Source: Hypanus sabinus
Lineage: Eukaryota
Reading direction: 5' to 3'
Assembly (NCBI RefSeq): GCF_030144855.1
Contig: NC_082736.1
Coordinates: 9,176,001 to 9,240,000 of the forward strand
DNA: 64,000 nt
The notes under the pieces are model-generated. The model worked only from the letters and a program-made list of their open reading frames with translations. It was not told the origin of the DNA and ran no database searches. A program made the translations under genes and the position numbers. Shown here in pieces: positions 62,659-64,000 of the stretch (the stretch's first letter is position 1; every line of letters starts with the position of its first letter).

Positions 62659-64000
62659 ACACATAGGCAGATATAAGGATATATATAGACCGCACTTCTG
62701 GCGCCTTCTAAACCCCAGGTAAAGTGGTGGCTGAGGAGCTGGTGTGAGGTGGGTGGGGCTTCAGCTGCAAGGCCTCTCGAAGGGAAGGCGGAATGGGTAC
62801 ATTGAGAGGGGAACTTTCTTCCTGCTACACGGAAGGGGTTAAATGAGCAGGGATGAGGTCCTACAAATGATGAGGTTGCATCTGAACTGGAGGGGAACCA
62901 ATATCCTCACCAGGAGTTTTGATAGTGTCACTTGGCAGTGTTTGAACTGAAGTAGCAACTGGGAGAAAGTACGTATGACAGCACAGTCTGAAAAGAACAA
63001 CAGCTAATAAACATGCTGGGACTGATGGGCTGAAATGAGTTTATTTCAACATTAGGAGTAATCTGTTGTCGGAGGGATAGGGCTGGCAGCTCAACTTTCC
63101 TGGGTTTCATTGTTTTACACGTGAGTTGGGGTAGGGTGGGTTTAACAGGAGCAGGGGTTACCCCACTGGGAATGTCACAACACACTGGAAGGCTCATTTA
63201 CAGAGGCAATCTGCAGTTACACTGATAGATGATCATATTGGAACCCAATGACCAGTGCAGGGACTTTATCTTCTCTAGAATTGATTGGATCTTGCTTAAT
63301 ACTAAGATGCACAAGATTTCTTCATTGAATCTGAAGAGTGTTTGAAACATTATGTACAGATCCCAACCAGAGGAGAGAACAGACAGGAGGAATTAGTTTT
63401 GGGAAACGAGCCAGGCCAGCTGACAGCTAAGAGTCAGTGAATATTCTGGGATTTTATTTTTTTTCTTAGTGATGAGGAAGAATAAAATCAGATCTTGTAT
63501 GAAGGTACTGAATTGCAGGAGGGCAAGTTAGGACGGAGTAAGACAGAAACCACGGGGCAGTGATTGGGAGCAGCCACTGTCAGACAAGTCCACATCTGAC
63601 ATGTGGGAGTTGTTTAAAGACCAGCAGATCTGAGTTTGGAACTGAGGTACAGGATTTATCGACATTTGAAAAGGCATGGCTTGCTTAGGGACAATCAGCA
63701 TGGTTTTGTCTAGGCAGATCAAGCTTGACAAAATTGATCGAGGTTTTGTTGATGGTGATACAGATTATAAGATACAGGAGTAGAATTAAGCCATTTGGCA
63801 TATTGAGTCTGATTGTCATTTCATCTTGGCTGATACATCTTTCCTCTCAGTCCCAATCTCCTGCCTTCTCCCTGTATCCCTTCATGCGCTGACCAATCAA
63901 GAATCCATCAACCTCTGGCTTAAATACCTAAAGTCTTGGCCTCCACAGCTGCCGCATGTGGCAATGAATTCCAAAGATTCACCACTCTCTAAAGGAATTC

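Overview
Eukaryotic (vertebrate) repeat-rich DNA. The CR1 and Penelope repeat families and the histone sequences resemble those of a cartilaginous fish, but this is an inference. The window holds a fragmented replication-dependent histone cluster in which every gene keeps its 3' stem-loop. H4 (12.3 kb), H2A (40.8 kb) and H2B (42.1 kb) look canonical or near-canonical. H3 and H1 are frameshifted, one H4 has lost its stop codon, and another H4 and an H2B carry unusual substitutions. Orphan H2A and H4 regulatory pieces and a decayed C2H2 zinc-finger exon are also present. The rest is transposable elements. The centrepiece is a 15-kb four-level nest with readable target-site duplications: old CR1 tail > hAT (Buster/Charlie) > {Rex1/Babar; full-length CR1 with 180-bp 5' monomers > young Gmr1-type LTR element with PR-IN-RT-RH order and SCAN-like gag}. 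There is also a solo LTR of the same family, a second copy of the young CR1 sharing the same two ORF lesions, Tc1 and pogo DNA transposons, an I-group LINE, and many Penelope-derived pieces carrying minimal hammerhead-ribozyme-like motifs. An inverted segmental duplication links ~9.8-13.2 kb with ~57.2-64 kb. All comparisons were made by eye, and boundaries of old repeats are approximate.
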